Positions 52,802 to 63,514 of a DNA stretch of 63,683 nt are shown here, piece by piece; within the stretch, counting starts at the first letter, position 1; every line of letters begins with the position of its first letter. This stretch comes from an uncultured Lachnospiraceae bacterium (GTDB lineage Bacteria; Bacillota; Clostridia; Christensenellales; UBA1242). The notes below the pieces were generated by a model. It was given only the letters and a program-made list of their open reading frames with translations. It had not been told where the DNA came from and ran no database searches. A program made the position numbers and the translations under genes. Location: the NCBI GenBank assembly GCA_964653635.1, contig CAZZGZ010000001.1, positions 139,986 to 203,668 of the forward strand. The letters run 5' to 3'.

Positions 52802-53101
52802 TTATGCAAATAATGTTGCTATAAATGTTGCAAAGACTAACACAGCAAATACTATCCAAATCACAAGCCATGCAATATGTTTTTTCCTCTTTGTCCAACC
52901 GAAACTTACAACTATTGTAATGATGTAAGCAATCGCAGATCCGATTTGACGCATTGGTGTTGCTATTTCTGGAATAAATGACAAACAAAGTGCAAATCCA
53001 ATCAAGCATAGCCCAATATATGCAAGAAAATCGAATATTTTTTTAAATGTCCACTTTTCACCTTTCGAATCGGTATATGAAGTTTGTTTTTTTTGTGCCA
53101 T
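52802..53101 (-). CDS. Small membrane protein (3 TM)
   Basis: AGGAG RBS and three hydrophobic segments. Confidence 0.7.
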   Translation of the reverse strand: MAQKKQTSYTDSKGEKWTFKKIFDFLAYIGLCLIGFALCLSFIPEIATPMRQIGSAIAYIITIVVSFGWTKRKKHIAWLVIWIVFAVLVFATFIATLFA

Positions 53102-53156
53102 AGATTTCTCCTATATAAATATATTAAAATTAATTAAATTTTGCCAAATAATTAGA

Positions 53157-54155
53157 TTATTTTCTTGTAATGTAATTTGCAAGGTCAACAAGTTTACATG
53201 AATAACCCCATTCATTGTCATACCAAGCTACAAGTTTTACAAATGTATCACTTAGCATTATACTTGCATTAACGTCAAATATACAAGTATGAGGATCTCC
53301 AATAAAATCTGAAGATACCACAGCTTCATTTGTAATATCTATAATGCCATTCATATAGCCCTTGCTTGCTTTTTTAATGGAATCTACAATTTTATTCATG
53401 GTCGTCGGACGAGCAAGTTTGCAAGTCAAATCTACAACAGAGGCATCGACAGTAGGTACTCTAAAGCTCATCCCTGTTAGTTTCCCTGAAAGCTCTGGAA
53501 TGACTTGTCCAACAGCTTTTGCAGCTCCAGTTGAAGATGGAATGATATTTACTGATGCACTTCTTCCCCCTCGCCAATCCTTCTTGCTTACTCCATCAAC
53601 AGTCAGTTGCGTTGCTGTTGTGGAATGGATTGTAGACATAAGCCCCTCTACAATTCCAAACTCGTCATTTATTACTTTGGCAAGTGGAGCAAGACAATTT
53701 GTAGTACAAGAGGCATTAGAAACCACTTTCATATCACTTTGATATTTATTTTCATTAACACCCATTACGAACATAGGCATATTTTTGCCAGGCGCAGAAA
53801 CAACAACCTTATTTGCACCTGCCCTTATGTGTTTGCTAGCACTATCAAAATCGGTGAATTTGCCAGTACATTCTAAGACAACGTCTACGTCCTTCCAATT
53901 TAGATTTTCTGGATCTGTTTCACTAAAAAATTCAATTTTCTTCCCATTTATTATAAGCAAATTGTCCTTTACTTTAACTTTTCCATTGAATCTTTTGTGA
54001 ACTGAATCATACTCGAATAAGTATTTCGCATAGTCCACAGTTATAAATGGGTCATTTATACCGACTACTACCATATCGTCTCTATCTGCAATTATCCGCA
54101 TGGCAAGCCTGCCTATTCTACCAAATCCGTTAATTCCAACTTTAATTTTTTTCAT
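53157..54155 (-). CDS. gap: Type I glyceraldehyde-3-phosphate dehydrogenase
   Basis: [42 protein letters not shown]. Confidence 0.98.
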   Translation of the reverse strand: MKKIKVGINGFGRIGRLAMRIIADRDDMVVVGINDPFITVDYAKYLFEYDSVHKRFNGKVKVKDNLLIINGKKIEFFSETDPENLNWKDVDVVLECTGKFTDFDSASKHIRAGANKVVVSAPGKNMPMFVMGVNENKYQSDMKVVSNASCTTNCLAPLAKVINDEFGIVEGLMSTIHSTTATQLTVDGVSKKDWRGGRSASVNIIPSSTGAAKAVGQVIPELSGKLTGMSFRVPTVDASVVDLTCKLARPTTMNKIVDSIKKASKGYMNGIIDITNEAVVSSDFIGDPHTCIFDVNASIMLSDTFVKLVAWYDNEWGYSCKLVDLANYITRK

Positions 54156-54916
54156 TTTATTCTCCTTTTTTCATTATTCCCATCGACTATTTTTTTTAAA
54201 GTACCAACTCTAAGATATAAGACTTCTTTACATACTCCATAAAGAGTAATCATTATCACAATTAATGCCACAAGCGATATCAATGCCATAAATATAGCAC
54301 TTAGATTGGTAAGTACTCCCAATAATATCACCACACATATAGTATCAAGTATTATGCCAGCATATAGCAACAAATATGAAATCGGCTCACTTTTATCAAC
54401 GTTCAACTTGACTTTTTTACTAGAAGTTTCTATTGCTTCTTTAGTGTAACCTACAAGATTATCAATCTTAAATAGAGATGAAAATTGATTAATATTTTTA
54501 ACAAGCATATAGAGTTGTTCAGAAAAACAAATTGCCGAAAAATCCTCATAAATTGTGAATTTAAACAATGTCAATTCTACTTTTTGCCATAATTTTTCAA
54601 TAAAGGTGAAAAATTTGTTTCTTGTTTCTTTTAAGTATACAATTTCCTTTGTATTATTTAAAAGTTGTGTTAGTTCTTCCAAAGATACTGGTCTTCTTAA
54701 TAAAAGAATTTTACCTGGCAACAAATTTTTTTTAAGACTATTTATAACATCATCCTCTGACTCTTCTTTATTAAAATGTTGAATTTTAACATTTTTAATC
54801 GTCGTGTCATCCCCAATAAGACCTACTATGATTTGTATTTGCTTTTCCTTACGTAATGTATTAATTAAATCCTTAAATAAGGCTATCTTTTCGGTCACAA
54901 TCATTATATTAACCAT
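54152..54916 (-). CDS. Membrane protein resembling a degenerate GtrB-type GT2 glycosyltransferase
   Basis: Soluble alpha/beta N-domain, amphipathic helix, EDF.AI and VGY segments, two C-terminal TM helices; start moved to ATG 54916. Confidence 0.5.
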   Translation of the reverse strand: MVNIMIVTEKIALFKDLINTLRKEKQIQIIVGLIGDDTTIKNVKIQHFNKEESEDDVINSLKKNLLPGKILLLRRPVSLEELTQLLNNTKEIVYLKETRNKFFTFIEKLWQKVELTLFKFTIYEDFSAICFSEQLYMLVKNINQFSSLFKIDNLVGYTKEAIETSSKKVKLNVDKSEPISYLLLYAGIILDTICVVILLGVLTNLSAIFMALISLVALIVIMITLYGVCKEVLYLRVGTLKKIVDGNNEKRRIK

Positions 54917-55346
54917 GGTGTTGCTCTGAAATTTTATTAAGTCTTCTAGCATGCCTACCACCTTCAAAGTTTGTAGTTAAAAATGTTTTAACTATCTTAA
55001 TCGCTTTTCGCCTTTTTACAAAATTTGCTGGCAACACTAAAACGTTTGCATCATTGTCTTTTCTAGATAACATTGCCCCTTCTTCATTATAACAAATCGC
55101 AGCTCTAATTTTCGTATTTCTGTTTGATGCAATACTCATGCCATTCCCCGTCCCACAAATAAAAATACCTACGTTTCTTTCGTCTTGTAAAACCTTGTCT
55201 ACCCCAGCCTTTGCATAATCGGGATAATCCACACTATCTTTACTATACGTACCAACGTCTATCGTTGTAATATTTTCTTCGGTAAAAAATTTTTTGAGTC
55301 CCTCTTTGAGTTCATAACCTCTATGATCACTGGCTAAAATAATCAT
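54909..55346 (-). CDS. rpiB: Ribose-5-phosphate isomerase B
   Basis: ASDHRG..LK, DYPDYA, ICGTGNGM, NDANVL, FEGGRHARR. Confidence 0.95.
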   Translation of the reverse strand: MIILASDHRGYELKEGLKKFFTEENITTIDVGTYSKDSVDYPDYAKAGVDKVLQDERNVGIFICGTGNGMSIASNRNTKIRAAICYNEEGAMLSRKDNDANVLVLPANFVKRRKAIKIVKTFLTTNFEGGRHARRLNKISEQHHG

Positions 55347-55357
55347 TTTTTCTCCTT

Positions 55358-55783
55358 TTAAAATATGTTTGGCATTAAAATGCTAAATATTCGTAAAATA
55401 GCATCATACAACAACCTTGCTGTTTGTTCATAGACATAAAGTTCTTGTCCATATGGGTCCGGTATCTCCAGCCCTACGTCAGCAAAACTTAACACTTTGA
55501 CGTTACCAGTAATCGCCCTTTGTAATTGCCGTGTCATACAAATATAGAGAGTTTTCGAATCAACCCTTTTAAGCTTTATGCTTTTTCGATCTTTTGCCTT
55601 GATTTGAAAGACATTAAAAAGTGCAAGTTTCGCATAATCGGAAATATTATCACCCTTTGCATAAAGCCCTTTAGACTGAATAGTTATACCATCAATTTTC
55701 CTCTCTTTGAGTATTTTTTTTGCAATGTGTTCCGCCATGATAGATCGGCATGTGTTACCTGAGCAAACAAAACAAATTTTCAT
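55358..55783 (-). CDS. Low-molecular-weight protein phosphatase (YwlE-like arginine phosphatase)
   Basis: P-loop [10 protein letters not shown] and IPDPYG; upstream of rpiB like Bacillus ywlE-ywlF. Confidence 0.88.
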   Translation of the reverse strand: MKICFVCSGNTCRSIMAEHIAKKILKERKIDGITIQSKGLYAKGDNISDYAKLALFNVFQIKAKDRKSIKLKRVDSKTLYICMTRQLQRAITGNVKVLSFADVGLEIPDPYGQELYVYEQTARLLYDAILRIFSILMPNIF

Positions 55784-55883
55784 GATGTCTCCTTTAAAGA
55801 CTATCTCATAACTATTTTAGATAAAAAAGAAAGATAAGTCAAATAAAAATGGTTAATTTACTTAAACATGTCAATAATTTTTT

Positions 55884-56684
55884 ATGCAAAAAGTTACTCA
55901 CCTTTTCTCAACATTATTACGAATTTTTTCGATTTTTTTATTGTCATTTATTTGGGCAAAATACATTTTAAATAATCTAGTAAGTGCCATATTACTTTCA
56001 TTTTTTATTGTATCGATTTTTGAAATTCTTCGTTTTATTTACTTAAAAAAGAAAACTTCTTACCTATCACTTCGACAAGAAGAAAAAGAAAAAGCGGAAG
56101 ACACATTCCTATCACTTTGCACACATGCACATCCTGAAGAAGAGATAAAAAATATTCTGTCTAAAACATATTTAAACATACAGAAATCAAAAAATTGTAT
56201 ATATGTAACAACTGATAACAAAAAAACACTTTTTTTTATTCATAATAAATTAGCGCCTCTAAGTTGCGATGACATTTTGAACATTTATACTAAACAAAAA
56301 AGTGCCAATAAAATTGTCATACTTTGTGGTAAATATCAAAATGACTGCGTGCGATTTTGCAATAACTTAGATATCGAATTCATTCTACTTGACCAATATG
56401 AAACATATGAAAAAATATATAAATATCAAAATTGTTTTCCACAAATCACCAACAAATATAAAAAGGAAAAGAGCAAAACTTATAAAGATTTTGTTCTAAT
56501 TGCATTTAATAAGAGACGTTCAAAATATTATTTTTTTTCATCTATATTTTTAATTTTTTATAGTTTTCTTCTGCCAAACACCCTTTATTATTCAATTTTT
56601 GCTAGCATACTTTTAATATTATCTATTATTTCACAATTTAATAAAAAGTGTAATAAAACCACTGCATATAGTATATTTAATTGA
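55884..56684 (+). CDS. Membrane protein (2 TM, soluble Mrr-like fold, 2 TM)
   Basis: Hydrophobic ends; central KIVILCGKY...FC...IEFILLDQ resembles the Mrr_cat C-terminus. Confidence 0.55.
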   Translation: MQKVTHLFSTLLRIFSIFLLSFIWAKYILNNLVSAILLSFFIVSIFEILRFIYLKKKTSYLSLRQEEKEKAEDTFLSLCTHAHPEEEIKNILSKTYLNIQKSKNCIYVTTDNKKTLFFIHNKLAPLSCDDILNIYTKQKSANKIVILCGKYQNDCVRFCNNLDIEFILLDQYETYEKIYKYQNCFPQITNKYKKEKSKTYKDFVLIAFNKRRSKYYFFSSIFLIFYSFLLPNTLYYSIFASILLILSIISQFNKKCNKTTAYSIFN

Positions 56685-56685
56685 C

Positions 56686-56728
56686 ATATATATTGAGGTG
56701 TTATGCAGGTATTACCCACAACATCTTC
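56686..56728 (+). repeat. Dispersed 43-bp motif, copy H
   Basis: a tatatatt G aggtg TTATGCAGGTAT taccca C aacatctt c; spans the convergent junction and overlaps the ftsW stop. Confidence 0.65.
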
Positions 56729-57827
56729 TACTTTGCCTTTCAACATTTATAGAAATTCCTATTGCAGCCATGAATACTGCGACAGAAGTTCCGCCACTAG
56801 AAATGAATGGCAATGGAAGTCCTGTTGGTGGTATTGAACCAGTAACCACAGCTACATTTAAAAGTGTTTGCACTAATATTACAAGACAAATACCAACACA
56901 TAAAAAAGTGCCAAATCTGTCTTTAGAAGAAAGTGAGATCTTTATAAGAAAAATGCCTAATAAAAGATAAATTAATAATAGCGCTATCGCCCCCACAAGT
57001 CCAAGTTCTTCTCCAATAATTGAAAAAATAAAATCTGACTCTGCAAAAGGCAAAAACATATACTTTTGTCTTGAATTAAAAAGTCCAACACCAAACAATC
57101 CCCCATCGCCAAGAGAATACAAGGACTGAATAAGTTGATAGCCTTCTTTAAGCGGGCTTGCCCATGGGTCAAGAAATGCGAAAAGTCTTTTAAGTCTATA
57201 TGGCTCCATAGCAATAAGTACTGGTACACATATCCCCGCACCACAAGAAAGTAAAAGTGTATGTTTTTTACTCATTCCACCTGCTATAAGCATAAAAAAA
57301 GTAACAAAAGCAATACACATAGTTACACTCATACTTGGTTCAATAATTACAAGAATACAAAGTAGCCCCGCAACCATAAGCATTGGCAATAATGTTTTAA
57401 ATAACTTTATATTGTTATAATTTTCGCTTAAATAACTTGCCATAAAAATAACAAGAGCAAATTTGGCTATTTCTGAAGGTTGTATAGATATTCCAAATAG
57501 TTGCACCCATCTTTTAGCCCCGTAACTTTCAACACCAATGCCTGGTACAAACACTAACAACAAAAGTACGAATGTCACGCCCATAATCACCCACTTTAAT
57601 TTGGAGAGTTTATGATAATCAAAAAAAGCAAAAAACACTAACCCACACAAACCAAGTATTACCCCAAATATTTGCTTTTTTAGGAAAAAACAACTATCGC
57701 CATACTTATAATTTGCTTGATACATAGAAGCACTATATACCATGAGACACCCAAAACAGGCAAGCAAAATTGTGATAATGATTACTAATAAGGCTGATTT
57801 TGATAAATTAATTTTTTGAATCTTCAT
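56712..57827 (-). CDS. ftsW: SEDS peptidoglycan polymerase FtsW/SpoVE
   Basis: GCLMVYSAS, GAKRW, QPSEIAK, GYQLIQS, SDFIFSIIGEELG, TGLPLPFISSGGTS. Confidence 0.93.
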   Translation of the reverse strand: MKIQKINLSKSALLVIIITILLACFGCLMVYSASMYQANYKYGDSCFFLKKQIFGVILGLCGLVFFAFFDYHKLSKLKWVIMGVTFVLLLLVFVPGIGVESYGAKRWVQLFGISIQPSEIAKFALVIFMASYLSENYNNIKLFKTLLPMLMVAGLLCILVIIEPSMSVTMCIAFVTFFMLIAGGMSKKHTLLLSCGAGICVPVLIAMEPYRLKRLFAFLDPWASPLKEGYQLIQSLYSLGDGGLFGVGLFNSRQKYMFLPFAESDFIFSIIGEELGLVGAIALLLIYLLLGIFLIKISLSSKDRFGTFLCVGICLVILVQTLLNVAVVTGSIPPTGLPLPFISSGGTSVAVFMAAIGISINVERQSRRCCG

Positions 57828-59118
57828 AGGCATCACCCTGAACTATTTCTCTAAATGAGTCACCCCTTTCACTATACGAAGAAAATTCGTCAAAGCTTGA
57901 ACATGCTGGGGATAAAAGATATATTTCTCCCTTGTCCGCACAATCTCTCGCATATATGCTCGCTCTTTTCATTGTATCAAATAACTTTGCATTAACATTC
58001 TGTTTTAAACATTCGTCATAGATAATTCGACCCGTTTGTCCAAAACAATATACACATTTCACATTATGACATTTTTGAATAAGATTTTTAAACTCATATC
58101 CCTTGCTTTTACCACCAAGTAACAATATGAGATTTTTATGCTCAAAAGCCGATAAAGCGTTTTCCGTACTAGAAATATTAGTCGCTTTTGAATCATCAAT
58201 AAACTTTGCCCCTCGTATACATCCAATATATTCACATCTATGTCCTGCAGGACGAAAGTTGCGAATTGCAAGTGCTATATCAGAATTTTTTACTTTTAAG
58301 CACTTAGCTATAGCAACACTTGCTAAAACATTCTCTAAATTTTTTTCGCCTAATAGGCTAATCTCATCTGTACTAATTATAATTTTATTCTTGTAATATA
58401 TATTATCCCCTAAAACATACACTCCATGATTTATAGGATACTTAGAAAACCATATTTTTTTTGCCTTGCCTAATATACTCTTGCACTCTTCATCATCAAG
58501 ATTTAGGATATTTTTACCCTTACCCCTAAAAATTTTAAGCTTGCAACTTCGATAGTTTTCAAAAGTCTCATGTCTGTCTATATGATCTATTGTTATGTTT
58601 AATAACGCCCTAATATTTGCTTTAAATATTTTCGACTCTTCTAACTGAAAGCTACTAACTTCTACAATTATTATGGAATTCTTTGTAGTATTTTTACAAA
58701 CAGAAGTCAAGGGTAAACCAATGTTCCCACATACAACTACATCCTCATATTTTTGTCGCAACATATCTCCAATTAACATGCAAGTTGTTGTCTTCCCATT
58801 AGTACCCGTAACAGCTATAATTTTGCCATTACAAAACAAGTAACCCAGATCAAGTTCAGACAATATTTTAACCCTTCTAAGTTTGAACTCTTCCAAGATT
58901 TTATTACCAATTACCTTGACACCAGGACTGACTATTACATAATCGAAATTATATTTTAATGGCTCTTTAACAAAAGAAAAACTATCATATGTGGTATAAT
59001 TTATATCATCATACGTACTCACGCATGCACCTAGACTATGAAGTAGTTTACAAGAGGAAAAGCCACTCTTCCCCATACCATATACCAGAACTTTTTTACC
59101 ATTGAATTTATTTTTCAT
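57808..59118 (-). CDS. murD: UDP-N-acetylmuramoyl-L-alanine--D-glutamate ligase
   Basis: GMGKSG, SPG, TGTNGKTTT, EVSSFQL, DDSKATN, LSPACSSFD. Confidence 0.96.
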   Translation of the reverse strand: MKNKFNGKKVLVYGMGKSGFSSCKLLHSLGACVSTYDDINYTTYDSFSFVKEPLKYNFDYVIVSPGVKVIGNKILEEFKLRRVKILSELDLGYLFCNGKIIAVTGTNGKTTTCMLIGDMLRQKYEDVVVCGNIGLPLTSVCKNTTKNSIIIVEVSSFQLEESKIFKANIRALLNITIDHIDRHETFENYRSCKLKIFRGKGKNILNLDDEECKSILGKAKKIWFSKYPINHGVYVLGDNIYYKNKIIISTDEISLLGEKNLENVLASVAIAKCLKVKNSDIALAIRNFRPAGHRCEYIGCIRGAKFIDDSKATNISSTENALSAFEHKNLILLLGGKSKGYEFKNLIQKCHNVKCVYCFGQTGRIIYDECLKQNVNAKLFDTMKRASIYARDCADKGEIYLLSPACSSFDEFSSYSERGDSFREIVQGDAYEDSKN

Positions 59119-59201
59119 AATCACCACAAAAACACAAATTTTAGACAAAAAAAACTAATAAAAATAACTATTTTTTAATAGTTTTAGACATTTTTGTATT
59201 T

Positions 59202-60143
59202 TTAAATCAAATACAATAAAGTCGAAATACAACCTAAAATTATAGTTATAACTATATATACGACAGTTATTTTATTTTCATGCAACCCTTTTTTTTGAAA
59301 GTGGTGATGCAAAGGTGCCATTAAAAATAGTCGTGTTTTTGTACGCTTAAAATATACTACTTGCAATATATCCGAAATAGCTGAAAGGACAAACATGAAA
59401 CCGATGGTCACTATTAAAAATTCAAGCCCCGATGCAGAGCATAACCCAGATATAAAACCACCAATCGCCAACGATCCAACGTCACCCATAAATATCTTAG
59501 CAGGATACATGTTTAAAACTAAAAAACCAAGAAGAGAACCACTCATTATTATTGATATCACAGCAAGCTCGTTTTGGTTCAAAATACATAATATAATAGA
59601 AACAAAAAGGCAAAATATAGCACTAACTCCTCCTGCAAGCCCGTCCAACCCATCTGTCAAATTTACGCTATTTGTTGTCGCTATCACCACAAAGAATACA
59701 AAGGGTATTATAAAAAATCCTAAATCAATGTTGATATTAAAAAAATTTATGCTTGTCCCACATTTAAAAAAAACATAAATTGCAAAAATAAACCCTATAC
59801 CAGCTTGTCCTATTATTTTTTGATATGGAAGCAATCCTTCATTTTTATGAGTCCTTACTTTAATAAAGTCATCCATAAAACCTAAAATGGCAAATGCCAG
59901 CATCAGAATTACTGGCATAAAAACAAATATATCCTTAACTGCAAACACAATACTACAAACAAGACACGTAAAAATAAAAGCAAGACCTCCCATTGTAGGC
60001 GTACCATTTTTACCTTCATGATCTTTTACGTAATGCAAAATAGTTTGTCTTGCTCCTAACTTTCTGCACAAACTAAGTACAAAAGGCGATATGCACATAC
60101 ATACAATAATAGAAACTATGAAAGGCAATAGTAAGGTTATCAT
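59202..60143 (-). CDS. mraY: Phospho-N-acetylmuramoyl-pentapeptide transferase
   Basis: K.GTPTMGG, DDFIK, NSVNLTDGLDGL, FMGDVGS, MAPLHHHF. Confidence 0.97.
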   Translation of the reverse strand: MITLLLPFIVSIIVCMCISPFVLSLCRKLGARQTILHYVKDHEGKNGTPTMGGLAFIFTCLVCSIVFAVKDIFVFMPVILMLAFAILGFMDDFIKVRTHKNEGLLPYQKIIGQAGIGFIFAIYVFFKCGTSINFFNINIDLGFFIIPFVFFVVIATTNSVNLTDGLDGLAGGVSAIFCLFVSIILCILNQNELAVISIIMSGSLLGFLVLNMYPAKIFMGDVGSLAIGGFISGLCSASGLEFLIVTIGFMFVLSAISDILQVVYFKRTKTRLFLMAPLHHHFQKKGLHENKITVVYIVITIILGCISTLLYLI

Positions 60144-61582
60144 GACTTCTCCTTGTCACCTATTATATGCATTTTGACCTGTTCATAATCACTATAATGC
60201 AATTTTTTATTCCCGATAACCTGATAAGTTTCAGCTCCTTTCCCGGCAATAACTATACAATCTCCCTCTTTTGCCCAATCAATCATTTTGTGAATAGAAT
60301 AAGTTCTATCCACGCATAACATGTGATTCATTTTTTTCATTCCTTTTTCTATATCATGCAAAATATCTACTGGCTTTTCGTTTCGAGGATTATCACTTGT
60401 TACACAAACAAAATCTGAATATTTTTCGGCTATTGCACCCATAATAGGACGCTTAGCTTTATCTCTGTCTCCACCACAACCAAATATTGTAATAAGCTTC
60501 CCATTACATAAAGCTCGAACATTTTTAAGAAGTTGATCAAGTCCATCGGGAGTATGAGCATAATCAATTATAACGAGTTTACCCCCGCAGTCTAGAACAT
60601 CAAATCTTCCGTCAACATGTTTTAAACTCTGTATCCCCTCCTTTATGTCATTTATGCCTACATTAAGCGAAAGAGCAACTGCAATAGCTCCTAAGACATT
60701 AGAAATGTTGTAAGAGCCACAAAGACTAGTACTGACTTTGAAAGTATTTGATGAAGTTTTGCAAATAAAATTGGAGCCGTTTAGACTCAATTCTTCATCT
60801 ATACTTTTCACATCGCCTACCCCACTTCTTCCAAAGGTCACAAGCTTTCGTAAGTTTTTTTCACTAAATTGTCTGCATAATTCATCGTCGAGATTGATTA
60901 TCGCTCTTTTAACATTTTTACTCATCAAAAAATGTAGTTTTGTTTTTGCATATTGCTCCATATTTTTAAAATAATCTAGGTGATCTTCAGTTATATTAGT
61001 CAACACACCTGCTTCAAAATTAATTCCGTGTATTTTATCTAAATCGATAGCATGAGCTGATACTTCCATAAAAACATGCGTTACGCCACTTTCTTTCATG
61101 ATTTTAAAAATATAATGTAAACAATCTGGATCAGGAGTGGTCATTCCAGTGGTAATTGTCTTATTGTTAAATGTTGCCCCTAAAGTCCCTATTATCCCAA
61201 CATTATATCCTGCCGTTTTGAAAATATTTGCAAGCATATTAACAGTAGTGGTTTTGCCATTAGTTCCTGTTACTCCTATAATATGTAAAGAGTCGCATGC
61301 CTTTTCATTCAAATTCTTTGAAACAATAGCATAGCCCTTTCTAATATTGTCAACATTTATAATATTTTCGCCAACTATACCTTTTGGAGCTAGAATAACA
61401 CTAGCACCACTATGGAACGCATTTTTTATCTTCCTTTTAGCATTTTCTTCATGTAGGCAAACAAAAAGGTCATCCTTTTCAACTTTGCTGTCATCAATCT
61501 TTATTGCACGAACTGAGTTTTTATATAAATCAACTCCTAAACTACTATAACGTAGTCCATTTAGAACATCTTTTAATATCAC
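60140..61582 (-). CDS. murE: UDP-MurNAc-Ala-Glu--meso-DAP ligase
   Basis: TGTNGKTTT, MEVSAH, DHLDY, DYAHTPD, FGCGGDRD, DNPR (DAP-type), AGKG.E.YQ. Confidence 0.96.
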   Translation of the reverse strand: MILKDVLNGLRYSSLGVDLYKNSVRAIKIDDSKVEKDDLFVCLHEENAKRKIKNAFHSGASVILAPKGIVGENIINVDNIRKGYAIVSKNLNEKACDSLHIIGVTGTNGKTTTVNMLANIFKTAGYNVGIIGTLGATFNNKTITTGMTTPDPDCLHYIFKIMKESGVTHVFMEVSAHAIDLDKIHGINFEAGVLTNITEDHLDYFKNMEQYAKTKLHFLMSKNVKRAIINLDDELCRQFSEKNLRKLVTFGRSGVGDVKSIDEELSLNGSNFICKTSSNTFKVSTSLCGSYNISNVLGAIAVALSLNVGINDIKEGIQSLKHVDGRFDVLDCGGKLVIIDYAHTPDGLDQLLKNVRALCNGKLITIFGCGGDRDKAKRPIMGAIAEKYSDFVCVTSDNPRNEKPVDILHDIEKGMKKMNHMLCVDRTYSIHKMIDWAKEGDCIVIAGKGAETYQVIGNKKLHYSDYEQVKMHIIGDKEKS

Positions 61583-61709
61583 AAGACACCTCAAAATTCT
61601 ATATGATTTATAATGTTTTTTGTTGAAATTTAATTAAAAATTTACCCAAACGGACAAAACACTTGCAAGAAACATTATTTTTAGTTATAATAAAAGAAAT
61701 GGAGATGGT

Positions 61710-62663
61710 ATGAAAAGACAAGATTTTATATTAAATAAAAATTTACTACTACATGAAAAGGTTAGTATTGAAAGCCTTAACAATTCTTTTTTAAAAGAGC
61801 CTAAAAAACTTATTAAATTTTTTGAAAACAGGTATAAAGAGCAAATTAAAGAACTTGTTGACGACTTTTTAACATTTAAAAATAAAAGAATTATTTTGTT
61901 AGCTGGGCCAAGCTCATCCGGAAAAACTACTACCTCACATCTCATCAGAAATACTTTAAAACGAAAAGGCTTTAACACCGTTACAATCTCTTTAGACGAT
62001 TTTTACTTGCCTTATGATAAACGTCCTTTAATGCCTGATGGAACAAGAGATAATGAAAGCATTTATTCTCTTGACCTGAAGTCTATCAACAATTTTGTAA
62101 AAAGTATATTGAAGCATGGCAAAGCAAAAATGCCTGTATTTAATTTTTTAACAAGATCTCCTGAAGATGAAAAAGTAAATATCAAAGTGGATTCAAATAC
62201 CATAATTATATTTGAAGGGCTTCACGCATTAAATCCAGATTTATTTGAAAATTCACTTTCTCTTGCTTACAGAGTCTATATTAGTCCACGGACTGACTTC
62301 TATCTTCAAAATAAACTTTTACTCACCTCAACACAACTACGTTTGATGAGAAGATGTATACGAGATATCTATACAAGAGGAACAAAGATTGGCTCAAATC
62401 TAGCAGGGTGGAAATATGTTACAGAAAGTGAAGATATATATATAAAAAGATATAAAGAGACGGCAGATTACTTTGTTAATTCAGCTTTGGTTTATGAGTT
62501 GTTATTATATGCCAAATATCTTAAACCACTTTTAATGGCAACAGAAGGAAGCAAACAAGCTTTGCAACTTATACGAGTTTTGGATGGATGCGAACATATG
62601 GATAAAAAATTAGTACCCCCTCAATCTATGCTTTGGGAATTTTTAGTTTATAAAGATGATTAA
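61710..62663 (+). CDS. Uridine/nucleoside kinase family protein
   Basis: AGPSSSGKTT, SLDDFY, EGLHALNP, RLMRR..RD...RG. Confidence 0.88.
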   Translation: MKRQDFILNKNLLLHEKVSIESLNNSFLKEPKKLIKFFENRYKEQIKELVDDFLTFKNKRIILLAGPSSSGKTTTSHLIRNTLKRKGFNTVTISLDDFYLPYDKRPLMPDGTRDNESIYSLDLKSINNFVKSILKHGKAKMPVFNFLTRSPEDEKVNIKVDSNTIIIFEGLHALNPDLFENSLSLAYRVYISPRTDFYLQNKLLLTSTQLRLMRRCIRDIYTRGTKIGSNLAGWKYVTESEDIYIKRYKETADYFVNSALVYELLLYAKYLKPLLMATEGSKQALQLIRVLDGCEHMDKKLVPPQSMLWEFLVYKDD

Positions 62664-62665
62664 TT

Positions 62666-62698
62666 AAAAAAAAATCGCATAAAATTGCGATTTTTTTT
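62666..62698. terminator. Bidirectional intrinsic terminator
   Basis: A-run ATCGCA-loop-TGCGAT T-run between convergent genes. Confidence 0.75.
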
Positions 62699-62859
62699 AA
62701 TTTTTTTTCTGATTTTTTAGATATTTTTTTGAAATATCACCCTTAAAACAACATATGAATATTTTGTACTACTAGCATCTATTTTCACTTAAATTTTCCT
62801 TATATTTTTTATTTTGTCTTGTGGCCAAATATCTATATTTTAATACATTATATCATATC

Positions 62860-63273
62860 TTAAAATATTAAGAACGCAAAAACTACTACTGCAACGATAA
62901 CCAAAATCCAAATGATAAGCGCCACAAAACCCACGGCTTTCCTGTTTAATTTTAATTGGTAAATCATATACAAAAGCCCGCCGATAAGCCCTTGCACAAA
63001 CAAAGACAATGCAATAAAAGCAGTCGCAATAATTCCAATAATCGTCAGTATTATGAAAGACCCGCCAGATGTGAAATTAGCCACACAATAACTTAGTCCC
63101 CAAAGAGCTAAAATAGTTAGAGCGCCACAAATGACGCTTTGAATAATTGACCGCACGCCCAACGAAACGCTTGTTGCCTTTTTAGTTTCATCATCTCTAA
63201 TTTTTTTATATTTCCCCTCAATTTTAATCCAAAAGGTGAAAAAATTCCAAATAGTTTTCAACAAATTAAACAT
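62860..63273 (-). CDS. Hypothetical membrane protein (3 TM)
   Basis: GGGAGG RBS and hydrophobic helices. Confidence 0.7.
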   Translation of the reverse strand: MFNLLKTIWNFFTFWIKIEGKYKKIRDDETKKATSVSLGVRSIIQSVICGALTILALWGLSYCVANFTSGGSFIILTIIGIIATAFIALSLFVQGLIGGLLYMIYQLKLNRKAVGFVALIIWILVIVAVVVFAFLIF

Positions 63274-63295
63274 AATTACCTCCCAATACTATTCA

Positions 63296-63514
63296 TCAGA
63301 ATTTTCGATTGTAACTGAAATTGAAAGTTCTACCCACACTGCACTTGACTAACATAAAAGTTTCTGTGGTTGAACCATTTGCTAGCAGTAAGATTGCCTT
63401 GATAATTTGAATAGGATTTGATTGTCCTTTTTGCTCGGTTTTCCGCCACATGCGGAAGGCAAGCACGCACACACATCAAACAAAAATCAAGGCAAATATC
63501 AATATTTTTTTCAT
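63296..63514 (-). pseudogene. Degraded lipoprotein gene
   Basis: AGGAG RBS, MKKILIFALIFV* then a lipobox-like SACGGKP in another frame; end approximate. Confidence 0.5.

Noticed and set aside
53157-54155. Possible alternative genetic code (TGA readthrough or Arg codon reassignment)
   Set aside because: AGG and CGG encode Arg at conserved GAPDH positions (GRIGR..MR), CGA does so in GroEL KLRIED, and TGA ends conserved genes such as murA at the expected length.
62748-62790. Weak extra candidates of the 43-bp motif (here and near 51812)
   Set aside because: Spacing or core does not fit the fixed architecture.
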